Source: an uncultured Methylomirabilota bacterium | GTDB taxonomy: Bacteria; Methylomirabilota; Methylomirabilia; Methylomirabilales; 2-02-FULL-66-22 | Direction: 5' to 3' | Length of the DNA: 64,000 nt | Assembly: GCA_963845565.1 (NCBI GenBank) | Contig: CAWJSJ010000002.1 | Coordinates: forward strand, 640,001 to 704,000 | Shown here: positions 49,662 through 59,269 of the stretch, piece after piece | Position numbering within the stretch: position 1 is the stretch's first letter | How the letters are laid out: each line of letters opens with the position of its first letter | Notes under the pieces: generated by a model | What the model saw: only the letters and a program-made list of their open reading frames with translations | Databases searched by the model: none | Told to the model about the DNA's origin: nothing | Made by a program: the position numbers and the translations under genes

Positions 49662-50675
49662 ATGATCTTTCCCCAGGACCGTGTGGTGTACGAGCACCTG
49701 AACACGTCGTTCACGCAGCTGGACGCGATGCTCACCGAGCTGAAGGCGGAACTCTTTTGCGGGTACGTCCGCCTCACGGCGCGGGACTACGACGGTCTCG
49801 TGCTCCTCGAGGCGGGCCGCGTGCCGAACGCCATCGAAGACGCGAAGGGCCGGCGTCGCACCGGCGCCAAAGCCGTGGATGGAATCCTTGCCAAGAGCCG
49901 CGAACGCGACGGCATGATCAGCGTCTTCCAGCTCTCGGACGGGATGACCCAGCTCCTGGCAGACCTCGCCGACAGCCACGTCCTGTACAAGGACCTGACA
50001 AGCGATCTGACCAGCCTGGATCGGCTGCTCGCCGGCCTGAAGGGCCGACGCCATACCGGCTTCATTGACGTCCAGATACCGGGCCGCCCCGAGACCGCCA
50101 CGATCTTCCTGCGGGACGGCGACGTGCTGGAGGCCACACTCTCCCGGCACGGAAACATCAGCGACGGCCCGAAGGTCTTGGATGAGCTGACCCGGCTCGC
50201 TGCGTCCGAGGGCGCGGTGTTTACGGTCCACGGTGCGCAGATCGCCCCGCCGGAGAACGAGAGCCAGCCGCCGCGGGGACCGGATCGTCAAGAGCAGCTC
50301 GGGGTCTGGCAGGATGTGCTCAAGACCGTGGAGACCAGCGTGGACACGCCAACGAAGGCGGGGACGTTCATGGTCGCGTTCAAGCGGGCGTGCATCGAGC
50401 TGGCGGACACCTACCCATTCCTCGACCCTTTCGCGGCCGAATTCGAGTACCGGGAAGGCCAGATCCGGTACGAAGGGCAGGCGGGCGGAGCCGAGCTCAA
50501 CCAGGGACTCGGCCGATGTCTCGCGCAGTGCGTCCGCGCGCTGACGGGTCACCCGGCCACCGCCGACCTGCCGGCGCGGCTGTCGGCGGTCGCCGTGGGC
50601 TTGAAAAAACGGCACGGCGCGCGGTTGGCGGAGTACGGATTGCCGGAGGCGCTTCCCGAGGTCTTCGGCGCCTAG
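49662..50675 (+). CDS. Protein with two tandem DUF4388/DUF2226-like repeats and a helical C-domain
   Basis: Internal repeat VVYEHLNTSFTQLDAMLTELK..FCGYV / VLYKDLTSDLTSLDRLLAGLK..HTGFI; YPFLDPFAAEF. Confidence 0.7.
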   Translation: MIFPQDRVVYEHLNTSFTQLDAMLTELKAELFCGYVRLTARDYDGLVLLEAGRVPNAIEDAKGRRRTGAKAVDGILAKSRERDGMISVFQLSDGMTQLLADLADSHVLYKDLTSDLTSLDRLLAGLKGRRHTGFIDVQIPGRPETATIFLRDGDVLEATLSRHGNISDGPKVLDELTRLAASEGAVFTVHGAQIAPPENESQPPRGPDRQEQLGVWQDVLKTVETSVDTPTKAGTFMVAFKRACIELADTYPFLDPFAAEFEYREGQIRYEGQAGGAELNQGLGRCLAQCVRALTGHPATADLPARLSAVAVGLKKRHGARLAEYGLPEALPEVFGA

Positions 50676-50691
50676 CGGCTGGGAGCCCGGC

Positions 50692-51210
50692 ATGGCGAAC
50701 ATCGTTACCCAAGAGGTCACCCTCGCCTGGAGCGGCGTGCGGCTCGCCCTTCTCAACGAACGATGCCAGGCCCTGTTCGAGGAGCTGACGCGGGTGGCCG
50801 GGGTCCAGGGGGCCTGCGTCTGCGACAACCATGGCGGGGTGCTCGGGCTGCTGCTCGCCGGTGCGGGCGACCGCCGCATGTTCGAGGGGATCGGGCTTGC
50901 CCTCAGCCAGTGTTTCGGTGCGTTGAATGCGCGGTCCGCTTTCCGGGATCTCGAGGTCGTGTTCGAGAGCAAGACGGTGGTCGCGCGCGACCTCGGCAAC
51001 GCCACGCTCGCCGTGGTGTGCGGCCCGGACGCCAATCTGCCCCTCCTGCGCATGACCCTGAATGTGGCAGCCAACCCGTTCGAGGGTGACGCCGAGCTTC
51101 AGCGCGGCCTCCAGCAGGCGGCGCCCTCCCGGGCGAATACGCTGAAGGGAGAGCGCCTGGACGCCCTGGCGCGAGCGCTCCTTCACCGCGCCGGTGCGAG
51201 GGCTGCCTGA
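50692..51210 (+). CDS. Roadblock/LC7 (MglB-like) protein
   Basis: LTRVAGVQGACVCDNHGGVL...LAVVCGPDANLPLLRMTLNVA. Confidence 0.7.
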   Translation: MANIVTQEVTLAWSGVRLALLNERCQALFEELTRVAGVQGACVCDNHGGVLGLLLAGAGDRRMFEGIGLALSQCFGALNARSAFRDLEVVFESKTVVARDLGNATLAVVCGPDANLPLLRMTLNVAANPFEGDAELQRGLQQAAPSRANTLKGERLDALARALLHRAGARAA

Positions 51211-51680
51211 TGGCGGGAACGAACCTCTCCGGCGTCATCTTCACACTGTCCAACCGGGAGCCGTCGACCGACGTGACGGTCACGCCGGCTGCCTGGCGCG
51301 TGCTGGCCCATTGCGACGGCGTACGTTCCGTGGCGGAGATTGCCCGGGTTGTGGCGATGGACGAGGCGGCCGTGGCCCAGGTGGCGGACACCTTCTTCCG
51401 GTGCGGCATCCTGCAACTGGCCGCCGGAAGTCCGGCGCCACCCCGCCCGCCGGTCAGCAAAGCCTTCTTCGATCAACTCACCAATGAACTCGCGCGGGCC
51501 ATCGGCCCCTTGGCCGCGTTCACCGTGGAGGACGAGATTGCGGCGCTTGGCGAGGCCCGGGACAACTTTCCGCGCGATGAGATCCCGGCACTCGTCGAGC
51601 GTCTGAGCCACGGAATCCGCGACGACGCCAGACGGCTCGGATTCCAGCAGGTCATGCTGGAGGCGATTCGCAAGCTGTAA
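51210..51680 (+). CDS. Winged-helix plus small helical-domain protein
   Basis: WRVLAHCDGVRSVAEIA winged helix; ELARAIGPLAAFTVEDEIAALG helical domain; translationally coupled to the upstream gene. Confidence 0.65.
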   Translation: MAGTNLSGVIFTLSNREPSTDVTVTPAAWRVLAHCDGVRSVAEIARVVAMDEAAVAQVADTFFRCGILQLAAGSPAPPRPPVSKAFFDQLTNELARAIGPLAAFTVEDEIAALGEARDNFPRDEIPALVERLSHGIRDDARRLGFQQVMLEAIRKL

Positions 51681-51740
51681 CGCCTTGCCGGTTCGCGGAA
51701 GCGATCGCCCCGGCGGAGGGGCCACCGAAAGGAGCGCGCT

Positions 51741-53000
51741 GTGGCAACCGCGACGACATCCACGATCTACGCTCGGGTGAATCCACCGAAGGTCCGTCCC
51801 TGGCGCATGCGCAGCAGGGTGGTGGTGATCCTCTTGCTCGTATCGCAGATTCCCCTGATCTGCGTGGCAGGCTTTACCATTCTTACGGCCCGCAAGGCGC
51901 TGCTGGACCAGGCGAGCATCAACATGCTGAGCGTCACCACGGAAGTGGCGCGCGAGATCGACAACCAGCTGCTCGGGTGGCGTGAGAACATCGTCGCCAT
52001 GAGCCAAATGCCCGAGATCATCGCGTACGCGGCCAAGCCGACGGAGGCGACGGCGAAAACCGCCATGGCGGCCCTCAAGGCGGAGGCGACCAAGGCGAAT
52101 TACCAATCGGTCGCGATTTGCCGGGATGGAAAGATCGTCCTGTCCTCCTCGGACCCGGACGTGGGTGCGGACGTCTCGTTTCGCGCCTACTTCAACGAGG
52201 CCATGAAGGGTCAGGTGATCGTGACGGAACCGTCGATTTCCACCACAACCAACAAGCCGGCTCTCTTCATGAGCTCCCCCATCCGCGACGCCAACGGCGA
52301 AGTGCTGGCCGTTGTGCGCAGCCGGCTCGATCTGTACGGGATCTGGGATCTTGTCGAGAAGGCGGCGGTCCAATCGGTTCCGGGCACGACCGCCATGCTG
52401 CTGGACGACGATGGGATCCGGATCGCCCACAGCGCCAGCAAGGGCCAACGCGAGGCCGTGGCCAAGACCCTGTTGTACCGCGCGGTGGCCCCCTTGACTC
52501 CGGAGGCCACACGGGCGATCGTGACGGAAAAGCGCTTCGGGAATTTCACGACCGATCGCGTGGACGTGCTCCCACTCCCCGAGGTCGCGGCCGCCTTCAA
52601 GGCGGGGCAGGCGACGACCTTCGAGGCCTTGGCAGACAACAGCACGCTGCGTCACCAGTCGGCGGCCGTGCCGCTGGAAACCAAAAACTGGCGCTTGGTC
52701 TTGCAGGCGCCACAGCCGTCCTTCACCAGCGCCGCCGTCAAGATGACGCAGATCGGCGGGGTGGCTGCCGCCGTGTTCGGCCTGTTGACCGTTCTGGCGG
52801 CATTCTTCATCGCGCGCGGGATCACGTCGCCCCTGGTACAGCTGGCGGATGTGGCCGATCGCATCAGTCTCGGCGAGTTGAACGCGAAGATCCGGATCGA
52901 TCGGCAGGACGAAATCGGCGACCTGGCCGAAGCGTTGCGTCGCATGCAAGTGAGCCTTCAGACGGCCATCGAGCGACTGCGGGCCAAACGCAACGCATAG
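51741..53000 (+). CDS. Membrane sensor: TM-Cache-TM-HAMP with no output domain
   Basis: DVSFRAYFNEAMKG and ALFMSSPIRDANGEVLAV Cache motifs; HAMP PLVQLADVADRISLGEL...DEIGDLAEALRRM; ends about 17 aa later. Confidence 0.85.
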   Translation: MATATTSTIYARVNPPKVRPWRMRSRVVVILLLVSQIPLICVAGFTILTARKALLDQASINMLSVTTEVAREIDNQLLGWRENIVAMSQMPEIIAYAAKPTEATAKTAMAALKAEATKANYQSVAICRDGKIVLSSSDPDVGADVSFRAYFNEAMKGQVIVTEPSISTTTNKPALFMSSPIRDANGEVLAVVRSRLDLYGIWDLVEKAAVQSVPGTTAMLLDDDGIRIAHSASKGQREAVAKTLLYRAVAPLTPEATRAIVTEKRFGNFTTDRVDVLPLPEVAAAFKAGQATTFEALADNSTLRHQSAAVPLETKNWRLVLQAPQPSFTSAAVKMTQIGGVAAAVFGLLTVLAAFFIARGITSPLVQLADVADRISLGELNAKIRIDRQDEIGDLAEALRRMQVSLQTAIERLRAKRNA

Positions 53001-53189
53001 CTGTTCGCCGCGGGCCCCGTTGGGGCCACGCCTGTCGGCGTGGGCCTCTTCAGTCAGAAACGGGCTCGCCCAGCGTATGGTGCCATAACACACAGGCGGC
53101 CCCTTGGGTGATATGACCCAAGGGACCGCCTGCTGTTCCCGCACTCACGATCCCGCCTCGTCGGGCACAACCCAAGCCCGCATGCATCC

Positions 53190-53687
53190 TTACACCTGGA
53201 TGAACTCCTCCCCCAGTTCGCCGCAGATCGGACATGATGCCGGAGCCTCGCCCAGCTCGATATGCCCGCACACGGGACACAGGAAAAACTTGGTCTCGGT
53301 GAGGTCTTTGCCCTGCTTCACGGCCTCCAGGGCCATGGCGTAGAGCTTTGCGTGGACGGCCTCGGCCCGCACGGCGTAGCCGAACATCCGCTTGGCCGCG
53401 TGCTTGTCTGCGGTCGCCTGGGTGAGCATGGGGGGGTACATCTGGGTGTACTCGTGCGTCTCGCCGCCGATGGCCGCCTGGAGGTTCGCGGCCGTGGCCC
53501 CGATCCCGCCCATGGCCTCCAGGTGGCCGTGGGCGTGAATCGTCTCGGCCTCCGCGGTCGTCCGGAACAGGCGTGCGATGTTCGGGAACCCGTCCTGGTC
53601 CGCCTTCTTCGCGAACGCCAGATACTTCCGGTTGGCTTGACTCTCGCCGGCAAACGCCTCCTTCAGATTCTCCGGTGTGCTCGCCAT
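53190..53687 (-). CDS. rbr: Rubrerythrin
   Basis: AFAGESQANRKY; AETIHA; GETHEYTQMYP; EAVHA; CPVC...CPIC. Confidence 0.92.
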   Translation of the reverse strand: MASTPENLKEAFAGESQANRKYLAFAKKADQDGFPNIARLFRTTAEAETIHAHGHLEAMGGIGATAANLQAAIGGETHEYTQMYPPMLTQATADKHAAKRMFGYAVRAEAVHAKLYAMALEAVKQGKDLTETKFFLCPVCGHIELGEAPASCPICGELGEEFIQV

Positions 53688-53985
53688 GGTCACCCTCCTC
53701 CGTCTCCATCGGTTAAAAGAAGACACCCCGCCATCGGGCCCGTACGCGACATCCTACCCATATCCGTACGCCGAATTCCCGCGGGCGTCAATCCCCAGCT
53801 TCCCCAGGATTGGACATTGTCTAAAAGACCGAATCAACCCGGCAGGGCCATCCGGAGAATCGGCGGCGGCTGGACGCTGATGGTGGGGAACCTGGTGTGA
53901 CCCGCGCCCGCTGGGCGCGAGCAAAGGTCCCGGCGGGATCCCCGTTCGATCGGGCGAACCCCGCGGCCCCTCATCGGGATGCCGC

Positions 53986-55002
53986 TCAGGCCCCGGATGC
54001 CGCGACCCCGCGGGCCGCGCGAAGCTCTCCCATGAGCTGGGCGAAGCCGGCGGGGTCGAGCGACTGCGGGCCGTCGCAGAGGGCGTGGGCCGGGTCGGGG
54101 TGGACCTCCACCATGACGCCGGCGGCGCCGACCACGAACGCCGCCTTGGCCATGGGGGTCACCAGATCGCGACGCCCCAGCGCGTGGCTGGGGTCCACGA
54201 TGACCGGCAGATGCGTCACCTGGCGGAGGAAGGGGACGACACCCAGGTCGAGGGTGTTGCGGAGCGCCCGCTCGAACGTGCGGATGCCCCGTTCGCAGAG
54301 AATGACTTGGTCGTTTCCTTCCAGCAGGATGTACTCGGCCGCGGCCAGGAATTCTTCCAGCGTGGCACTCATGCCCCGCTTCAAGAGAACCGGTTTCCCG
54401 ATGTGGCCGAGCTCTTTGAGGAGATCGAAGTTCTGCATGTTGCGGGCGCCGACCTGCAGGCAGTCGGCGACGGCGGCGACCGGCTCCAGCTGATCGATGC
54501 GCATGACCTCGGTGACGATGGGCAGCCCGACCGCCCGCCCCGCCTCCACCAGGTATTCCAGCCCCTCGTATCCCAGGCCCTGAAACGTGTGGGGCCCGGT
54601 GCGCGGCTTGAAGGCTCCGCCCCGCAGGATGCCTGCGCCGGCGGCCTTCACCGCCCGGGCGGTCGTGAGGACCTGGTCCCGGCTTTCCACCGTGCAGGGG
54701 CCCGCGATCACGATCGGAGCCAGCCCCCAACCCACCGCGATCCCGCCCACGCGGACCACCGAGTCGGCCGGGTGAAAGTCCCGGCTCACCAGCTTGTAGG
54801 GCTTGGTGACGTGGATCAGCTCCTGGATGCCCGGCAGGTCGCGGAACGGCTCTTCGTCCACGTACCCCTGATTGCCGAGCACCCCGATGGCGACCCGATT
54901 CTCGCCCGGGATGGGCTGGGGCGTGTACCCGAGCCGCCGCACCGCGTCGAGCACCGCGCCGACCTGCTCCTGGGTTGCCTTGTGTACCATGACGATGAGC
55001 AT
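53986..55002 (-). CDS. aroF: 3-deoxy-7-phosphoheptulonate (DAHP) synthase, type I-beta with N-terminal regulatory domain
   Basis: [45 protein letters not shown]. Confidence 0.93.
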   Translation of the reverse strand: MLIVMVHKATQEQVGAVLDAVRRLGYTPQPIPGENRVAIGVLGNQGYVDEEPFRDLPGIQELIHVTKPYKLVSRDFHPADSVVRVGGIAVGWGLAPIVIAGPCTVESRDQVLTTARAVKAAGAGILRGGAFKPRTGPHTFQGLGYEGLEYLVEAGRAVGLPIVTEVMRIDQLEPVAAVADCLQVGARNMQNFDLLKELGHIGKPVLLKRGMSATLEEFLAAAEYILLEGNDQVILCERGIRTFERALRNTLDLGVVPFLRQVTHLPVIVDPSHALGRRDLVTPMAKAAFVVGAAGVMVEVHPDPAHALCDGPQSLDPAGFAQLMGELRAARGVAASGA

Positions 55003-55262
55003 GAACACCTCCGCAAGGGTCCTGGGCGCGCGGGCCGCCGCGTTGGCGGCTCTACCCGCCACGAGATCTCAGACGTCGGCACAGAGTTGCACAGCAGAAA
55101 CGATTTGTCCACGGCGCCGTATCGTTCCGGTCACATCGTTACAGCCTTGACGCCCTTCCACCTGCCGTGATACCTAGCGAGTGTCGCAACGGGACGAGGG
55201 ATCTGCGCGGTCGGTCTGAGGCCGGCCGGTCCCACGAGGGGCGTTTCGCGAGGAGGGGCACC

Positions 55263-55940
55263 ATGCCGACGACAGCACGCGTGACATTCTCATCCGAGGC
55301 GGGACAAGCAGAAGGGCACGTGGCTCGACCGGGGAAAGCCGTGCCGGGGATCATCGTTCTCCAGGAATGGTGGGGGCTCGTGCCGCACATCAAGGATGTG
55401 GCGGCCCGCTTCGCCGCCCAGGGGTACGTCGCTCTGGCACCGGACCTGTACCACGGCAAGAGCACCCTGGAGGCCGCCGAGGCCCAACACCTGATGGAGG
55501 GACTGGACTGGGGACGGGCGGCGAAGGAGATCGCCGGCGCCGTCCGGTACCTCCGGGAGGTCGAGGGGGCGACGCGGGTGGGCGTCACGGGCTTTTGCAT
55601 GGGCGGGGCGCTCACCATCATCGCGGCCACGCAGCCCGGCGTGGATGCCTACGTCGCGTTCTATGGATTCCCGCCCGCGGGGGCGGCGCCCGTCGAGCGC
55701 ATCACGGCCCCCGGCATCCTCTTTTTCGGCGAAAAGGAGGAATACTTCTCCGTGCCGGATGCCCAGGCCTTCGCCGAGGGACAACGGAAGCGCGGGCGCG
55801 AGGCCGAGGTGGTGGTCTATCCCGGTGCCGGCCACGCCTTCTTCAACGACACGCGCCCCGAGGCATATCGGAAAGAGGCGGCCAACGACGCCTGGCGGCG
55901 GACGCTGGACCATTTCGGCCGCCACCTCCGTCTCGGCTAG
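55263..55940 (+). CDS. Dienelactone hydrolase family protein
   Basis: QEWWGL; GFCMGG; YPGAGHAFFND. Confidence 0.92.
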   Translation: MPTTARVTFSSEAGQAEGHVARPGKAVPGIIVLQEWWGLVPHIKDVAARFAAQGYVALAPDLYHGKSTLEAAEAQHLMEGLDWGRAAKEIAGAVRYLREVEGATRVGVTGFCMGGALTIIAATQPGVDAYVAFYGFPPAGAAPVERITAPGILFFGEKEEYFSVPDAQAFAEGQRKRGREAEVVVYPGAGHAFFNDTRPEAYRKEAANDAWRRTLDHFGRHLRLG

Positions 55941-56031
55941 CCGCCTGCCCGCCTCCCCGTGATGACCGCGCGCCGCCCACCGGGTGCGACCGGTTGCGGA
56001 GCGTTGCGCGGGCGTCGCCCCAAGGAGACGC

Positions 56032-56502
56032 ATGGAGATCTATCTGGTCCGCCATGGCGAGGCCATCTCGGCGCTGGTCGAGCCGACGCAACCGCTTGGC
56101 GATCGCGGGCGGGCAGAGGCGACCCACGTCGCCCGCCACGCGGCAGCATTCAAGGTGCAGGTCGCGGAGATCCGGCACTCGACCAAGCTCCGCGCGAAGC
56201 AGACGGCCGAGATCCTGGCCGCCCACCTTGCGCCCGTGCGCGGCGTTCACGAGGTGAATTACTTGGCGCCCTCGGCCGACCCCGGCCGGGCGCAGGATGC
56301 AGTGGAGAAGGCGACCGAGCCGCTGATGCTGGTCGGCCACCTCCCGCACCTGGCGCGGCTGGCGTCCTTGCTGCTGGTGGGGGACGCCCATCGCGAGATC
56401 GTCCGGTTCCGAACGGCCGCCATGGCGCGGCTGGAACGCACCGACCGGGGCTGGGCGCTGAGCTGGATCCTCACGCCGGACCTCGTCGGCCCCGGGACGT
56501 GA
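56032..56502 (+). CDS. sixA: Phosphohistidine phosphatase SixA
   Basis: YLVRHGEA; HSTKLRAKQTAE; LVGHLPHL. Confidence 0.88.
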   Translation: MEIYLVRHGEAISALVEPTQPLGDRGRAEATHVARHAAAFKVQVAEIRHSTKLRAKQTAEILAAHLAPVRGVHEVNYLAPSADPGRAQDAVEKATEPLMLVGHLPHLARLASLLLVGDAHREIVRFRTAAMARLERTDRGWALSWILTPDLVGPGT

Positions 56503-56529
56503 CCCGCAGGTGGGATCTCCTTTGCGGCG

Positions 56530-57549
56530 TCAGGTCTCGCCGCCGCCGGGCAAGCCGAAGGCCTGGGCCAGGAGCTCATAGGAGCGGAGCCGGGCCTTGA
56601 AATCGTGCGTGATTGTCAGGACCACGAACTCGCTCACCCCGCAGCGCCCTCCCAGCTCCTCCAGCCGACGGCGCACCTGCTCGGGCGTGCCCACCACACT
56701 TCGCAGACGGGCATCCCGCAGGATCACCTGCTCCTGCGGCGTGTACGGGTACGCCTCGGCCTCCTCGACGGTCGGATACGGACCGGACCGGCCGGTGTAG
56801 AGCCGTACCAGGAAGAGGTCGCGGCTCCTGGCCAGCCGCGCGGCCTCGGCGTCCGTGTCCGCGCACACGACGAAGACCGCCAGACTGGCTTCCGGCGCGG
56901 CGAGGGCGGCCGACGGCCGGAAATGATGCGCGTAGGCGCGGATCACGGCATCCGCCCCACGGCTGTTGATGAAGTGTGCGAAGGAGAAAGCCGTCCCGCA
57001 GGTCGCCGCCAGGGCGGCGCTCTGGTCGCTGGAGCCCAGGAGCCACACAGGCGGCGCGCCGGGCCCGGCAGGCATCGCGGTGATCCCGGCACAGGGGTGG
57101 TCGGACGGGAGATCGTTCCGGAGAAAGCCGATCAGGTCAGCGACCTTCCGCGGGAACTGCTCCACCGCCAGGGCGGCGGTCTCCGGCGCCAGGGCCGCCG
57201 CGGTCCGCGGGTCGCTGCCGGGGGCTCGGCCGATCCCCAGGTCGATCCGGCCAGGGAACAGGGTCTCCAGCATCCGGAAGTTCTCGGCCACCTTGAGGGG
57301 GCTGTAGTGGCTCAACATCACGCCGCCCGACCCCACGCGGATCCGGGTGGTGCGCGCCGCCACCTGGCCGATCAGGATCTCCGGGCTGGAACCGGCCAGC
57401 GCCGGCGTGGCGTGATGCTCGGCCAGCCAGTACCGGTGGTAGCCGAGCCGGTCCGCGATCCGGGCGAGCTCCAGGGTTTCCTGCAGGGCCTGGGCCGGCG
57501 TACCGCCGCTCCGGATGGGGGACTGATCCAAGACGCTGAGCCGGGTCAT
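56530..57549 (-). CDS. LLM-class (luciferase-like) flavin-dependent oxidoreductase
   Basis: LSVLDQSPI; YWLAEHH; GSGGVML; DLGIGRAPG. Confidence 0.92.
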   Translation of the reverse strand: MTRLSVLDQSPIRSGGTPAQALQETLELARIADRLGYHRYWLAEHHATPALAGSSPEILIGQVAARTTRIRVGSGGVMLSHYSPLKVAENFRMLETLFPGRIDLGIGRAPGSDPRTAAALAPETAALAVEQFPRKVADLIGFLRNDLPSDHPCAGITAMPAGPGAPPVWLLGSSDQSAALAATCGTAFSFAHFINSRGADAVIRAYAHHFRPSAALAAPEASLAVFVVCADTDAEAARLARSRDLFLVRLYTGRSGPYPTVEEAEAYPYTPQEQVILRDARLRSVVGTPEQVRRRLEELGGRCGVSEFVVLTITHDFKARLRSYELLAQAFGLPGGGET

Positions 57550-57580
57550 GGCGAGACTCCTGTGCTGGTGGCGGGCGGAC

Positions 57581-57606
57581 CGGGTACCCATCCGCCAGGA
57601 TGGGTG
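57581..57606. repeat. REP-like palindrome, family D
   Basis: CGGGTACCCATCC-gcca-GGATGGGTG; near-identical to 48128-48152. Confidence 0.6.
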
Positions 57607-57618
57607 CGGTGTCACCGC

Positions 57619-57666
57619 TTAAGCCCGCATCGTTCGCGAGTTGTGTTCGCGAATAATGCGGGCTAG
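57619..57666. repeat. Palindromic repeat, family C
   Basis: AGCCCGCATcgTTCGCGA...TCGCGAAtaATGCGGGCT bounded by TTAA and CTAG; related to 9363-9408. Confidence 0.6.
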
Positions 57667-57809
57667 AGGGTACGCGGGTTAGGACGAGGGGGCAACCTCA
57701 ATAACCGATGTGCGGGCTCATTGGCCACTGGGAAACGCCAGGGACGTGGTATAGTCTGTCCGCCACGGCGAGGACGACGCGGTACCATGGAGGTGGGGAG
57801 GCTTTTCGG

Positions 57810-59201
57810 ATGGGCGAGATTCTTCTGCTGCTGATCGGCGCCGTGGTCGGCGGCGCTCTGGGATGGCTCTGGGCGACGCGTCGGGGCCGGGCGGAACACG
57901 CCGCCTGCGTGCGGGACCTGGAGAATCGCCTGGCGACGCAGGAAGGCGGCGGCGCCGCGATCCGGGAGCAACTGGAGAATAGTCGGCGGGAGATTGACCG
58001 TCTCCAGGCCGATCTGCGCGCGATCACCGCCCAGAAAGCGGACGCCGAGGCGCGGGCCAGCGAGATCCGGGCCAGCCTGGAGGAGCAGAAACGCCTCCTG
58101 GAAGAGGCCAAGACGCGCCTCACGGAGGCCTTCCGCGCGCTGGCCGCCGACGCGCTGAAGAGCAGCAACGAAGATTTCCTCCGCCTGGCGGAGGAGCGGT
58201 TCAAGGCGCTCACCCAGGCGGCAACGGGCGAGCTGGAGGCCCGCAAGACCGCGGTCGAAACCCTCGTCCAGCCGTTGCAGCAGGCCCTGGAGGCCTACCA
58301 GAAAGAGGCCCGGGAGCTGGAGGAGAAGCGACTGCGAGAGATCTCGGGCGTGAGCCGGCAGCTCGGCGACGTCGCCCTGGCGCAGACGGCGCTGCAGCGC
58401 GAGACGGCGAATCTGGTGAACGCCCTGCGGGCGCCGCAGGTCCGGGGTCGCTGGGGAGAGATCGCGCTTCGCAAGACCGCCGAGCTGGCCGGCATGACGA
58501 AGTACTGCGACTTCGACGAGCAGGCCAGCGTCCAGACCGAGGGCGGGCGGCTGCGGCCGGACATGATCGTGCACCTTCCCGCCCAGCGCGACATCGTGGT
58601 GGATGCCAAGGTGGCGTTGAACGCCTATCTGGAGTCCCTGGAGGCCTCCACCCCGGAATCGCGCGAGGCGGCCCTGGTGCGCCACGCCCAGCAGGTTCGA
58701 ATGCACGTCAAGCGGCTGGCGTCTAAGGAGTACTGGAGCCAGTTCCCGCAGGCGCCGGACTTCGTCGTGCTGTTCATCCCGGGCGAGGTCTTCTTCGCGG
58801 CCGCGGCGGAGCGGGACCCGGAGCTCTTGCAGGATGCGCTGTCGAATCAGGTGCTGATCGCCACCCCGACGACCTTCATCGGGCTGCTCCTGACGGCGGC
58901 CTACGGGTGGCGACAGGAGCAGATTGCGGAGAACGCCCAGCGGATCAGCGAACTCGGTCGCCAGGTCCATGAGCGACTGAGCGTGCTCGTCGAGCACTTC
59001 GCCGGGGTCGGCCGCGCCCTGGAAAAATCGGTCGAGGCGTACAACAAAGCGGTCGGCTCGCTGGAAACACGGGTCTTGCCGTCTGCCCGCCGGTTCGCGG
59101 AACTGGATCCGGGGAGCGGGAGGCCGATTCAGGGACTGGAGCCGATCGCCCAGGCGCCCCGGGCGCTGGCGGTCCGGGATGGGGTCGGGCCGGAGACGTG
59201 A
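57810..59201 (+). CDS. rmuC: DNA recombination protein RmuC
   Basis: N-terminal TM and coiled coil; RGRWGE; LRPDMIVHLP; VVDAK; PDFVVLFIPGE; ATPTT. Confidence 0.92.
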   Translation: MGEILLLLIGAVVGGALGWLWATRRGRAEHAACVRDLENRLATQEGGGAAIREQLENSRREIDRLQADLRAITAQKADAEARASEIRASLEEQKRLLEEAKTRLTEAFRALAADALKSSNEDFLRLAEERFKALTQAATGELEARKTAVETLVQPLQQALEAYQKEARELEEKRLREISGVSRQLGDVALAQTALQRETANLVNALRAPQVRGRWGEIALRKTAELAGMTKYCDFDEQASVQTEGGRLRPDMIVHLPAQRDIVVDAKVALNAYLESLEASTPESREAALVRHAQQVRMHVKRLASKEYWSQFPQAPDFVVLFIPGEVFFAAAAERDPELLQDALSNQVLIATPTTFIGLLLTAAYGWRQEQIAENAQRISELGRQVHERLSVLVEHFAGVGRALEKSVEAYNKAVGSLETRVLPSARRFAELDPGSGRPIQGLEPIAQAPRALAVRDGVGPET

Positions 59202-59207
59202 TGGGCG

Positions 59208-59236
59208 TTGACATGCCGAAGGGCATTGGGTAGCCT
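59208..59236 (+). promoter_or_regulatory. Sigma70 promoter upstream of the thermonuclease gene
   Basis: TTGACA 59208-59213, 17-bp spacer, TAGCCT 59231-59236. Confidence 0.6.
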
Positions 59237-59269
59237 TCTCGTGCGGCGGTCAGTGCGGACCCACCGCCG

